From contig JACRKZ010000079.1 in NCBI GenBank assembly GCA_016235455.1, positions 1-64,000 on the forward strand: DNA of 64,000 bases. The letters run 5' to 3'. Shown one piece after another: positions 1 to 9,128 of this stretch. The translations under genes were made by a program, and so were the position numbers. Each line of letters begins with the position of its first letter. Positions within the stretch are counted from its first letter, which is position 1. Under the pieces are notes generated by a model. It searched no databases. It was given only the letters and a program-made list of their open reading frames with translations, and was not told the DNA's origin. Source of the DNA: Armatimonadota bacterium (GTDB lineage: Bacteria; Armatimonadota; UBA10988).

Positions 1-744
1 CAGACGGCGGTGGTATTCCTCGGCCAGCGGCGTGGTCGCGCCGAGATGGCCGTAGGTGGCCGCCTTCAGCTCCCCGCTGAGCCGACTGCGGTCGGCGGTC
101 AGCGCGCCGATCCGGGCCTGACGGGCCGCGGCGCGCTCGGCGCGGTCCGCGGCGTCGATGGCGGCCAGCTCGGCGTCGCTCAGGTCGCGCGGCTCGATGG
201 TCAGGTCGTCGTACCAACCGGTGCTCGCGTCCCACGGGCTGCCCAGCATGATGCTGTCGAGCCGGCGCAGACGCTCGTTGACCATCACCTGCTCGCCGTC
301 GATGCTCAGCGCCGTGCGCCGGCCGTCGAGCAGGAAGCTGATGCGGTGCCAGCCCAGCGTGCGCTTGACGCGCGTGTCGGTGTAGGTCATGCCGATGCGC
401 GCCTGATAGACCGTCGGCGTGCCGGCCACGAACAGCAGATACTCATCGCCCACGTCCGACACGCTGACCGTCTGCCGCTTGGCCGGCGCCAGGTCGTCGT
501 AGAACCAGCACTCGACGCGGCCAATGACCGGCTTGGCGAGCTTGAGCGACATGCATCCGGTGGCGCCGGGCGGGCCGGAGTACAGGCTCTGCTTCCCACC
601 GTGGGCCTGATCGGCCACGAGGCGCATGGGCTGCTTCTCGGCCAGCGTGACGAACCCGCCGACGTTTTGCTCGAAGTCCAGGGTCAGGGCCCCGGCGCAA
701 GCGGCGACGAGGGCCAGCAAGCCCGGAAGCGCGCTACGGCGCAA
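1..744 (-). CDS. Secreted hypothetical protein, runs off the window start; possible carbohydrate-active enzyme with a beta-sandwich N-terminus
   Basis: Not in the ORF track. Manual minus-strand translation from TTG at 744 gives LRRSALPGLLALVAACAGALTLDFEQNVGGF...VECWFYDD...GWHRISFLLDG...GWYDDLTIEP, open to base 1. It has a signal peptide and overlaps the stop of the upstream gene. ORF 10..753(+) is its antisense shadow. Confidence 0.75.
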   Translation of the reverse strand, partial: MRRSALPGLLALVAACAGALTLDFEQNVGGFVTLAEKQPMRLVADQAHGGKQSLYSGPPGATGCMSLKLAKPVIGRVECWFYDDLAPAKRQTVSVSDVGDEYLLFVAGTPTVYQARIGMTYTDTRVKRTLGWHRISFLLDGRRTALSIDGEQVMVNERLRRLDSIMLGSPWDASTGWYDDLTIEPRDLSDAELAAIDAADRAERAAARQARIGALTADRSRLSGELKAATYGHLGATTPLAEEYHRRL

Positions 745-3166
745 GCACCTTGATGGCAATGTCCTTCTCCAACGTGCCCAGCAGCACCTGGTCACCCTCG
801 GCCTTGAAGCTGCGCACGCGCGCGCCGGTGTAGGTGTCCCACACCTCGATCGTGCGGCCCGCGGCGCCCGGCAGCGTGACGCTGGCGCCTTCCACGGGTG
901 GCACCGGCTTCTTCTCGGCTACGTTCCACCAGGTGTGGGCACGGTTCTGCACCCAGACCAGGCTGAGCGTCTTGCCGCGCAACCCCATCGCTCGCGCGCC
1001 GGCCGACGCCGTCGGCGTGAACGGTTCGAAGCCGGCGGTCGTCCAGGGCACGCCGTCGATGTAGCCGGCAACGCCCTTGTAGTGGTACCAGAGACCCTTG
1101 GGTTCGACGTAGTTGTCCCACCACCACAGGTGGCCCACGCCGGCCCCGCCGGCCATCATCGCGCCCCACATGCCGTTGTGCAGGTTCACGCCGTCTTTGT
1201 CGTCGTCGCTGCGCGGGCTGAGGCCCCACTCCTGGTTGACCAGCCCAAACTCGGCGAAGAAGGCCGGCTTGCCGAAGCCGCGGATCATGGCCACATGGTC
1301 GGCCATCATCTGGGCCATGTCCTTGCCGAACTCGGTGGACTTCCAACTGGGATGCCAGTAGCCGTGCATCTGGGCGAAGTCGATCTCTTTGGACGACCAT
1401 AGCTCCGGCTCGTAGACGAAGCTGCCCAGGCTGTTGACGGTCAGGTGGCGCGGGTTGATCTCCTTGAGGTAGGCGCACATCTCACGCGCCCAGGCCTGCA
1501 CAACAGGGGCCTTGTAGCCCTGCACGCAGTCGATCTCGTTCCACAGTTCCCAGGCCATGACATTGGGCGACCAGCCCCAGCGCGCGACGGCATAGCGCAG
1601 GCGGTTGCGGAACTGGCGCTTGGCCGCGTCGTTGGCGAACACGTCGAGCACCGTCTCGCAGGGGCCGCCGTTGGCCTTGGCATACGGGTTCTGGTCGTCG
1701 AAGGTGCGGAAGTTCTCCAGGCAGACCTTGAGGTAGATGCCCTTGGCCTGGGCCAGGTCGACCACGTAGTCCATCTGCGCCGCGCGATCCATCTTGTAGA
1801 CGCCCGGCTTGCCCCACTCGAAGCCAAAGGCCCACGACGGCATCCAGAGCCGCGCGTAGTTGCCGCCGTTGCCGGCCAGCGCGCCGAACCAGCGGTCGTA
1901 GTCGGCGGTGCCCGCGGCGGCCTTATACCAGCAGACGTTCAGCCCGTTGGCGAAGTACGGTCGGCCGTCCTCGAACTCGAAGTAGTGCTCGTCTTGGGGG
2001 CTGACGCGCAGGAACGGCCGCGACGTACCGGCGGCCACATCGATGTCGCCGCTCCAGGTGGTGGTGCCGCTGCGGTCGCGCGCGGCCAACTCCACATGAT
2101 GCCGGCCGGGCACGCTGGGCAGCCAGCGCACACGCCAACTCGGCTGGCCGCGCGGGGTGAGCCGCTCGGCCACGCCGCCCCGCACCGCGTCGAGCGAGCG
2201 GTCGTAGTCCAGGGCGTAGAAGCCGGGCACTCGCAGCTTCTGGCCGTCGGGCGCCGTGATGACCGCGTCGAGCGCGATCTGCTCGGCCCAGAAGGGCGTG
2301 GACCAGGTACCCGAGAGGCGCACGTCCAGTTCGTGTCGCTGGCCGACGGTGGCCGCGTCCCAGCGCGCGCCGCCGATGACCAGCGGGCCTTCGGCGTCGA
2401 GCGCCAGCCGCGGCATGAGCCAGTCGCGCGTGTCCTCGGGCCGTACGGTCACGCCCAGCCGCAGCGCCTCACCGGGCTTGACCTTGGTCGATGTGGCCAG
2501 CTTGACGAAGGCCTGGTAGGCCGCGCCGCCAAATTCGCGCGTGTCCTGCACGTTGAGCAGCCGCGGCTGGTCGAGCTCGACCACCATCTGGTCGGCGCGG
2601 CCGCGGGCGAAGATGTAGCGCTCCGCCGAGCCCTGTACGAAGTGGCGCACGGCCGGCTTGACCGCCGGGAAGACGACCTCCTCGCGCGGGTGCAGGCTCA
2701 GGCCCAGCCCGGCGAAGCGCGGCTGCGGCAGGTCCAGCACCAGGCTCAACTCGGTGACGTTCGTCTCCGCGGCCGGCTCGGCCTCGTAGTCGATGCGCCA
2801 GCCGCCGTCGACCGGCGTGACCGTCTGGCGCAACTGCCAGACCAGGCCCGAGGTCGGCTCGGTCAGCCAGAGCGTAACCAGCGCCGTCTCGCCGCGCAGC
2901 TTCGCTTCGACCACAGCCGCGCCCCGTTGGCTGGCGCTCTTCCAGTCGGCGCCGAACAGGATCAGCTGGCCCAGGCCCAGATAGGGGCCCGCGGCATCGC
3001 TCACCGCGAAGGAGCCGTCACGCGAGACGGTCATGGTGCTGCCACCGGCCTGGTAGGTGATCAAGGGCTTCTCCAACCCGACCGGGGGTTGCGTCTGCGC
3101 CACGGTCGGTGCGACGGCCAGGGCCAGGGCGGCGAGGTACGACAGGCAGAGGGATCGGTAACGCAT
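734..3166 (-). CDS. Secreted glycoside hydrolase, clan GH-A (GH5-like), with DUF5060-like domain
   Basis: Signal peptide; DUF5060-like 'APDGQKLRVPGFY...WRVRWLPSVPG'; TIM-barrel motifs 'RLRYAVARWG', 'AWELWNE' (acid/base), 'FAEFG' (nucleophile), 'WWWDNY'. Confidence 0.8.
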   Translation of the reverse strand: MRYRSLCLSYLAALALAVAPTVAQTQPPVGLEKPLITYQAGGSTMTVSRDGSFAVSDAAGPYLGLGQLILFGADWKSASQRGAAVVEAKLRGETALVTLWLTEPTSGLVWQLRQTVTPVDGGWRIDYEAEPAAETNVTELSLVLDLPQPRFAGLGLSLHPREEVVFPAVKPAVRHFVQGSAERYIFARGRADQMVVELDQPRLLNVQDTREFGGAAYQAFVKLATSTKVKPGEALRLGVTVRPEDTRDWLMPRLALDAEGPLVIGGARWDAATVGQRHELDVRLSGTWSTPFWAEQIALDAVITAPDGQKLRVPGFYALDYDRSLDAVRGGVAERLTPRGQPSWRVRWLPSVPGRHHVELAARDRSGTTTWSGDIDVAAGTSRPFLRVSPQDEHYFEFEDGRPYFANGLNVCWYKAAAGTADYDRWFGALAGNGGNYARLWMPSWAFGFEWGKPGVYKMDRAAQMDYVVDLAQAKGIYLKVCLENFRTFDDQNPYAKANGGPCETVLDVFANDAAKRQFRNRLRYAVARWGWSPNVMAWELWNEIDCVQGYKAPVVQAWAREMCAYLKEINPRHLTVNSLGSFVYEPELWSSKEIDFAQMHGYWHPSWKSTEFGKDMAQMMADHVAMIRGFGKPAFFAEFGLVNQEWGLSPRSDDDKDGVNLHNGMWGAMMAGGAGVGHLWWWDNYVEPKGLWYHYKGVAGYIDGVPWTTAGFEPFTPTASAGARAMGLRGKTLSLVWVQNRAHTWWNVAEKKPVPPVEGASVTLPGAAGRTIEVWDTYTGARVRSFKAEGDQVLLGTLEKDIAIKVLAP

Positions 3167-3234
3167 GAGCAGCGGGTTCGCCGGCAGGCAGGACTTCCCT
3201 GCCGGGCGGCCAATCGGTGGCCAGCGAGAAGAGT

Positions 3235-4251
3235 ATGAAGCAAGTTGCCATCGTCGGCCCGCGCCAGGCCGAGTTGATCGACGTACCGGATCCCCAGCCG
3301 ATCGACGACTGGGTCGTGGTCAAGGTGACCGTGGCGCCGATGTGCACCGAGTACAAGGCGTGGCTTGGCGGTCAGCTGTCCAACTGTCTCGGTCACGAAG
3401 CGGTGGGCGCAGTCTGCGCCGTCGCGCGGCCCTGCGGCGTGGCCGTCGGCGACCGCGTGGTGGTCCATCCCACCTGGCCCTGTGGTCGCTGCGAGCTGTG
3501 CCACGCCGGCGACTACATCCACTGCGAGCACATGGTCAACGTCAAGGCCTACACCGGCTCCGATTCGGGTACGGCCACCTACTGCCAGTACGTGATCAAG
3601 CCCGACTGGTTGTGTACCCGCATTCCGGACGACATCAGCGACGATCTGGCCGGGCTGCTGCTGTGCGGCCTGGGGCCGTCGTTCGGCGCGTTCGAGCGCA
3701 TCGGGCTGGCCGCGTGCGACACGGTGGTCATCACCGGCCTCGGCCCGGTCGGGCTGGGCGGCGTGGTCAATGCCGCCTTCCGCGGCGCGCGCGTGCTGGC
3801 CGTGGAGTCCAATGCCTGGCGCGCGGAGCTGGCCGTGGCGCTCGGTGCGGAGATCGTGCTCGACCCGCGCGACGAAGCCACGCCGGCGCGGCTGCGCGAA
3901 CTGACCGGCGGCCGCGGCGCCAGCGCCGCGCTGGACTGCTCGGGCGCGGTGCAGGCGCACCGGCTGCTGGTCGACGCACTGGGACGCGGGGGCCGGCTGG
4001 CCTTCGTCGGTGAGTCCAGCGCCGATACCGTGCTGCATGTGTCCAGCGACATGATACGCAAGGGGCTGACTTTGCGCGGCTCGTGGCACTACAACCTGAC
4101 GCGCTACGGCGCGCTGGTGGACGTGCTGCGCCGCTCGCCCGTCGCGGCCCGGCTGATCACCCACACCTTCGCCATGAGCCGCGTGCAAGACGCCTTCGAG
4201 ACTCTGGCAACGCAGAACACCGGCAAGGTGCTGTTGCGACCGTTCGAGTGA
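3235..4251 (+). CDS. Zinc-dependent alcohol dehydrogenase (MDR family, threonine/sorbitol dehydrogenase-like)
   Basis: 'LGHEAVG', structural Zn motif CGRCELCHAGDYIHC, Rossmann 'GLGPVGLG'. ATG at 3235. Confidence 0.9.
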   Translation: MKQVAIVGPRQAELIDVPDPQPIDDWVVVKVTVAPMCTEYKAWLGGQLSNCLGHEAVGAVCAVARPCGVAVGDRVVVHPTWPCGRCELCHAGDYIHCEHMVNVKAYTGSDSGTATYCQYVIKPDWLCTRIPDDISDDLAGLLLCGLGPSFGAFERIGLAACDTVVITGLGPVGLGGVVNAAFRGARVLAVESNAWRAELAVALGAEIVLDPRDEATPARLRELTGGRGASAALDCSGAVQAHRLLVDALGRGGRLAFVGESSADTVLHVSSDMIRKGLTLRGSWHYNLTRYGALVDVLRRSPVAARLITHTFAMSRVQDAFETLATQNTGKVLLRPFE

Positions 4252-4282
4252 ATGGTCATACTTGCCCCACAAGGAGAGAGCG

Positions 4283-5545
4283 ATGCGTCGCTGGTTGCTG
4301 CTGTGTCTGGTGCCCTTCTGCCTGGGCGCTGCCCGGGCCGATGTCTTCGACTATGTGGCCAAGCCCGATGACTCGTTCACCTGGTCGGTGGGCCAGGCCG
4401 GCCCCGGCTACACCACGCTGGACATGACCTCCCAGACCTGGCAGGGCATCCCCTGGAAGCACACCATCAGCTTGTACCGGCCCGACAAGCCGCTGGTTGA
4501 TGACCTGTGCGTACTGGTCATCACCGGTGGCAGCTTCCGGCCCCAGGACCCGGAGGCGAGCATGCTGGGCCTGGCCGCCACCCAGTTCAGGCTGCCCGTG
4601 GCCGTGCTCTGGAACATCCCCAACCAGCCGCTCTTCGAGGGCAAGAGCGAGGATGCGCTCATCGCCTACACGCTGACCCGCGCCGTGGCCACCAAGGACG
4701 AGAGCTGGCCGCTGCTCTTCCCCATGACCAAGAGCGCGGTGCGCGCCATGGACGCGGTCCAGGCGCACAGCGAGAAGGCCTGGGGCAAGAAGGTCACGCG
4801 ATTCATCACCACCGGGGCCAGCAAGCGCGGCTGGACGACATGGTTCACCGGCGCGGTGGACAAGCGCGTCTGCGCCATCATGCCGATGGTCTACGACAAC
4901 CTCAACATCCCCGAGCAGATGGCCCACCAGATCAAGACCTGGGGCTCGTATAGCCCGAATATCCACGACTACACCGAGGCCGGCCTGCAGAAGCTGCTGG
5001 AGAGCGAAGAGGGCAAGCGCCTGGCCGGCATCATCGACCCGTATACCTACCGCGACAAGATCACCATGCCCAAGCTGATCATCTGCGGCACCAACGACCG
5101 CTACTGGACGGTCGACGCGCTCACGTTCTATCGCGACAAGCTGGTCGGCGAGACCAACCACATCTACGTGCCCAACTCCGGCCACGGGCTCAACGACATC
5201 GGCCGCGTGCTGGGCGCGATGAATGGCTTCGCGCGCAGCGTGGCGCTCGGCGGGCAGCGGCCCAAGCTGGACTGGAAGTACACGGTCGACGGCGACAAAG
5301 TGTCGATCCGCGTCGTCTCGCCCGAAGCCACGAAGATGGATCTGTGGACCACCTCGGCCCAGGCCGGCAAGTTCTTCGACACCAAGTGGGTCAGCCAGCC
5401 CATGGCGAAGGATGGCGACGCCTGGGTAGCCACGGCGACGGTGCCCCAAGGCCAGCAATTGGCGGCGTTCGGCGAAGCCACCTACGACGGCGGCGGGCGG
5501 CCCTACACCTTCTCCACCGGGCTCAAGCTGACTCCGGAAGGCTGA
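4283..5545 (+). CDS. PqaA (PhoPQ-activated pathogenicity-related) family alpha/beta hydrolase, secreted
   Basis: Signal peptide; 'MTSQTWQGIPWKH', 'PNQPL', 'PMTKSAVRAMD', nucleophile motif 'GASKRGWTTW'. AAGGAG RBS upstream. Confidence 0.85.
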   Translation: MRRWLLLCLVPFCLGAARADVFDYVAKPDDSFTWSVGQAGPGYTTLDMTSQTWQGIPWKHTISLYRPDKPLVDDLCVLVITGGSFRPQDPEASMLGLAATQFRLPVAVLWNIPNQPLFEGKSEDALIAYTLTRAVATKDESWPLLFPMTKSAVRAMDAVQAHSEKAWGKKVTRFITTGASKRGWTTWFTGAVDKRVCAIMPMVYDNLNIPEQMAHQIKTWGSYSPNIHDYTEAGLQKLLESEEGKRLAGIIDPYTYRDKITMPKLIICGTNDRYWTVDALTFYRDKLVGETNHIYVPNSGHGLNDIGRVLGAMNGFARSVALGGQRPKLDWKYTVDGDKVSIRVVSPEATKMDLWTTSAQAGKFFDTKWVSQPMAKDGDAWVATATVPQGQQLAAFGEATYDGGGRPYTFSTGLKLTPEG

Positions 5546-5549
5546 GCGT

Positions 5550-5894
5550 ATGGTCACCATCTACCACAACCAACGCTGCTCCAAGAGCCGCTGCACGCTG
5601 GACCTGCTGCGTGAGCACGGCGTGGAACCCCAGGTCATCAACTACCTGGAGACGCCGCCCACGGCCGAGGAGCTGGACCGCCTGCTGGAGTTGCTCGGCC
5701 TGCAGCCGCGGCAACTCATGCGGCGGGGTGAAGCGCCGTACCGCGAGCTCGACCTGGACAACCCGGAGCTGAGCCGCGAGGCGCTGCTCGCGGCCATGGT
5801 GGCCAACCCCATCCTCATCGAGCGGCCCATCGTGGTCAACGGCGACCGCGCCGCGCTGGGCCGCCCGCCAGAGCAGGTGCTGGACGTGCTGTGA
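5550..5894 (+). CDS. arsC: Arsenate reductase (glutaredoxin), ArsC family
   Basis: 'IYHNQRCSKSR' and 'NPILIERPIVV...LGRPPEQV'. Confidence 0.9.
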   Translation: MVTIYHNQRCSKSRCTLDLLREHGVEPQVINYLETPPTAEELDRLLELLGLQPRQLMRRGEAPYRELDLDNPELSREALLAAMVANPILIERPIVVNGDRAALGRPPEQVLDVL

Positions 5895-5912
5895 TGCGCA
5901 AGGGAGCGTGCT

Positions 5913-6743
5913 GTGCCGAACCGATCGAACGACAAGCCGGTCACTGTGCTGGTGGTGGAAGACCAGGAACTGGTGCGCCGCGTGCTCGTGGCGTCGCTGT
6001 CCAGCGCCGACGGCATCGAAGTGCTGGGCGAAGCCGCCGACGCAAAGACCGCGCTCGCACTCTATGAGCAGCTGCGTCCGCAGGTTGTCACGCTGGATCT
6101 GGGCCTGCCCGACGAGGAAGGCGTGGTGCTGCTGCGGCGGCTGCGGCAGATCAACCCCGAGGTGCGCGCCGTGGTGGTCTCGGCCCGCGAAGACTCCGCC
6201 AGCCGCGCACAGGCACTGGAGGCTGGCGCCTGCGCCTACGTGGCCAAGCCCGTGCAGCCCGACTTCCTGATCTCCATGGTGCGCGAGGCGGTGGCCTGGC
6301 CGCAGGCCACCAGCCTCTATGGCTGGGACATGCTGTTCTTCGAACGGCCGCCGGGCGAGCCCGCGCCGGCCAGACCCAGCGTGCTCGTGGTCGACGACGA
6401 GCAGGTCGTGCGGCGACTGCTGGTGGCCGCGGTGAGTGATGCCGGCTGCGACCTGGTGGGCGAGGCGGCCAGCCTGGCCGAGGCCGATGCCCTGATGGCC
6501 GCACACCAGCCGTCGCTCATCTTGCTCGACGTGTCCATGCGCGACGGCGAGGGGCTGGCCTGGATGGCCGAGCGCGCCAAGACCCAGGCCCTGCCGCCGG
6601 TGGTGGTGGTCTCGGCCCACACCCATCGCGACGTGGTCTGCCGCGCCATGGCGCTGGGCGTGGCCGGCTACCTGACCAAGCCCGTGACGCGCGGGCGAGT
6701 CGCCGCGGCGTTGCAGCGTTTGCTGGGAGTGCGTCCGGGGTAA
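5913..6743 (+). CDS. Response regulator with two receiver domains and no output domain
   Basis: REC1: VVEDQ...TLDLGLP...VSA...YVAKP. REC2: VVDDE...LLDVSM...VSA...YLTKP. Confidence 0.85.
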   Translation: MPNRSNDKPVTVLVVEDQELVRRVLVASLSSADGIEVLGEAADAKTALALYEQLRPQVVTLDLGLPDEEGVVLLRRLRQINPEVRAVVVSAREDSASRAQALEAGACAYVAKPVQPDFLISMVREAVAWPQATSLYGWDMLFFERPPGEPAPARPSVLVVDDEQVVRRLLVAAVSDAGCDLVGEAASLAEADALMAAHQPSLILLDVSMRDGEGLAWMAERAKTQALPPVVVVSAHTHRDVVCRAMALGVAGYLTKPVTRGRVAAALQRLLGVRPG

Positions 6744-6778
6744 CGAGGCGCCGTCAGCCGGCCGGCAGAACCACGATC

Positions 6779-7324
6779 TCAGGCGATGCCTTGCAGCCAG
6801 CGCCGACACTCAGGCCGATCACCGCCAGCGGCACCCCCCGGTCGCCGCACAGCGCCCTCGTCGACCCAGAAGGTGCCGGCATAGGCTTGGCCGCCGCGCT
6901 GCGTCACCTGGCCGGTGGCCATGTAGCGCGGGCTCAGCCCGAGCCGCAGACGCTCCTGGTCGAGGCACACCAGCATCCGCACCGGGTCGGCGCCAAGGGC
7001 GCGAAGCTCCCGGTCAAACTGCTCGACCAGCATGCGACACGCGTCGTTGGCGGCTTCGATGCGACGCACATCGGCACTGTCCGTCGGTGCCGGCAGCTTG
7101 AGCAGACCGTCCCAGCCGAGCACGGTGGCCACGGCAAACTCGTAGCGCGTCATGACCGCGGGACAGCCGCGCATCACCGGTCCACCGGCTTGCGCACGGC
7201 CCAGCACACCCAGGTACTGATAGCAGGGGCTGGTGAACAGCACATCGGCGAAGATGCCGGCCCACGTGGCCGGCGCCAGCGAGGCACCGGCCAGCAACGC
7301 AATCAGCCAACCGCGCCGGATCAT
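6779..7324 (-). CDS. Secreted protein with a degenerate SLH/OmpM-like N-terminal domain
   Basis: Signal peptide, then 'FADV...Y..L', 'MTRYEFAVA' and 'LVEQFDRELRALGAD', which resemble the SLH plus stalk region of OmpM/SlpA-type proteins. Confidence 0.6.
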   Translation of the reverse strand: MIRRGWLIALLAGASLAPATWAGIFADVLFTSPCYQYLGVLGRAQAGGPVMRGCPAVMTRYEFAVATVLGWDGLLKLPAPTDSADVRRIEAANDACRMLVEQFDRELRALGADPVRMLVCLDQERLRLGLSPRYMATGQVTQRGGQAYAGTFWVDEGAVRRPGGAAGGDRPECRRWLQGIA

Positions 7325-7357
7325 CTCGAGCTCCCGGCACTGAGCGTGCCACGCCGC

Positions 7358-8995
7358 CTACTCCAGCACCAGCACCGTGTAGGTGTAGACGATATCCTGG
7401 CGTGCGCCCGACGGCACGGCGACCTTCCAGACCAGCGACTGCACCTGGTTGATGGGCGACAGCAGCTTGGCGGTGCGGCGTACGTCGGCCGTGGGCTTGG
7501 TGTCGACGATCTCGCCCTGGAGCTGCTTGCGAACCTCGATCTGTGCCTCGACCGCCTTGCGGTTGAAGATGGCCAGCTCGCCCTTGACGGTCAGCCGCGA
7601 GTAGCTCAGCCCGCCCAAGTGCTCGGCGGCCCGTTCGGTCTTGATGATGCTCTCCGAGGCCATGGTCGGCAGGTCGACGCTGCGCGTCACGCGCAGGTCG
7701 ACCTGGTCGCCGGCGCCGGTGTAGGTCAGCATCTCCTGGCCCATGATCCGGCCGTCGCGCAGCATCATGGCCGGCGCCGTGGTCCAGGGCACGCCGCTGG
7801 TGTTGGTCAGCCGCAACACATGCCAGATCTGTGGCGACTGGGTGCGTCCCGTGTCGTTGCCACTCGAGCGCGGCGCCCACCACCAGGGCCGCCAGCGGTA
7901 GTCCTCATCCACCGTGTCGGGCAGCTCCCAAGTGAACAGGCTGCGGCACGGCACGTCGGAGGTGAACAGCGGGTAGTAGCCACGCTCGCCACGATCCAGG
8001 GTGACCTTGGGTTGCGGGTAGAAGAACAGGTCTTCGCTCTGCTCGCCGGCCGACGGCTTGTAGACCGGTCCGACCGGCGGCGCGCTGTCCTGGCTGCGCA
8101 CCTGCATGACCTGCGAGGTCACGCCGCCGTAGCGGTCGGTGCCGTCCTGCGGTGCGCTCAGCGCGGTGATGAAGGCGGTCACGTCGGCGTTGAGCGCCAG
8201 CGGATCGTGCACCTGGGCGAAGCGCAGGTTGGGGAAGCCAGTGACGAACTGCAGGTCCGTGGCGGCCAGGGCTTCCACGTCGTTGACCACCATGGCCTTC
8301 ATGCCGAACGAGGCGGTTTCGCCCTTCACATCGAGCCGGTAGCTGGGCGCCCAGGTCAGCCCCCAGGTCAGGTACCAGACCGACAGCGGGCCGGGCTTGT
8401 CCAGCTTGAGCTTCACGCCCACGGCGGCTTGGGCCTGGTCGTAGCGGGTCGCCAGTTGCTTGCCACGCAAGCCCTTGATCTGGTTGGGCTCCAGCGCCAG
8501 CTGGCCGTCCCTGGTATCCAGCAGCACGAAGCCGGGCACCGGCGGCGCGGCAGCCATGGTCTCGCGGTAGTAGTAGTAGTCGTTGGCGCGCCCGCCCTGG
8601 CGCATGGCGATGGTGGGCATCTTCTCGGGCAGCGCGCGCAGCGTGCCCGCCTGCCAGGCGTTGTCGACCTTGATCTCCACGGCCCGGCCGAGGTTGGCCC
8701 GCAGCAGGTCGACCAACGTCAGCGCGTCGGTCGGCGTGCGGCGCGGCAGGTTTACTGCGGTGGCGCTCAACTCGGCGCCGGCGGGCGGCACCAGCCAGAA
8801 ACTGCCATGCACCGGCGCCGGCAGCTCGCCCACGATCCATTCGCCCGCGGCTGGCACGGTGACATCGCGTACCACCATGGCCAACCCGTTCTTGAACAGC
8901 GCGGCTGTACGGATCTTGGCCGGCAGCACCTCCGGCCCTTGGGCCAAGGCCAGCGAACCGAGGAGCAAGGACAGCACGATGGCACATCGACGCAT
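7358..8995 (-). CDS. DUF4139-like secreted protein
   Basis: Signal peptide; 'LFKNGLAMV', 'YLTWGLTWAPSYRLD', 'LRLTNTSGVPWTTAPA', C-terminal 'IVYTYTV'. Confidence 0.7.
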   Translation of the reverse strand: MRRCAIVLSLLLGSLALAQGPEVLPAKIRTAALFKNGLAMVVRDVTVPAAGEWIVGELPAPVHGSFWLVPPAGAELSATAVNLPRRTPTDALTLVDLLRANLGRAVEIKVDNAWQAGTLRALPEKMPTIAMRQGGRANDYYYYRETMAAAPPVPGFVLLDTRDGQLALEPNQIKGLRGKQLATRYDQAQAAVGVKLKLDKPGPLSVWYLTWGLTWAPSYRLDVKGETASFGMKAMVVNDVEALAATDLQFVTGFPNLRFAQVHDPLALNADVTAFITALSAPQDGTDRYGGVTSQVMQVRSQDSAPPVGPVYKPSAGEQSEDLFFYPQPKVTLDRGERGYYPLFTSDVPCRSLFTWELPDTVDEDYRWRPWWWAPRSSGNDTGRTQSPQIWHVLRLTNTSGVPWTTAPAMMLRDGRIMGQEMLTYTGAGDQVDLRVTRSVDLPTMASESIIKTERAAEHLGGLSYSRLTVKGELAIFNRKAVEAQIEVRKQLQGEIVDTKPTADVRRTAKLLSPINQVQSLVWKVAVPSGARQDIVYTYTVLVLE

Positions 8996-9128
8996 GGTCG
9001 TCTCCCTGTTGCGGCGCCCTCGGCTGCCAGTACCCAGGCAGAGGCAGACGCGTTTACGTTTTGGTCACAGCGTCGTCGCCTTGACGCCGGCCGTCGCGGC
9101 AGGCTAGCCTTGACGTGGAGAACCCTAG

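Noticed and set aside
5550-5894. Arsenic resistance operon
   Set aside because: arsC stands alone, with no arsR, arsB or acr3 nearby.
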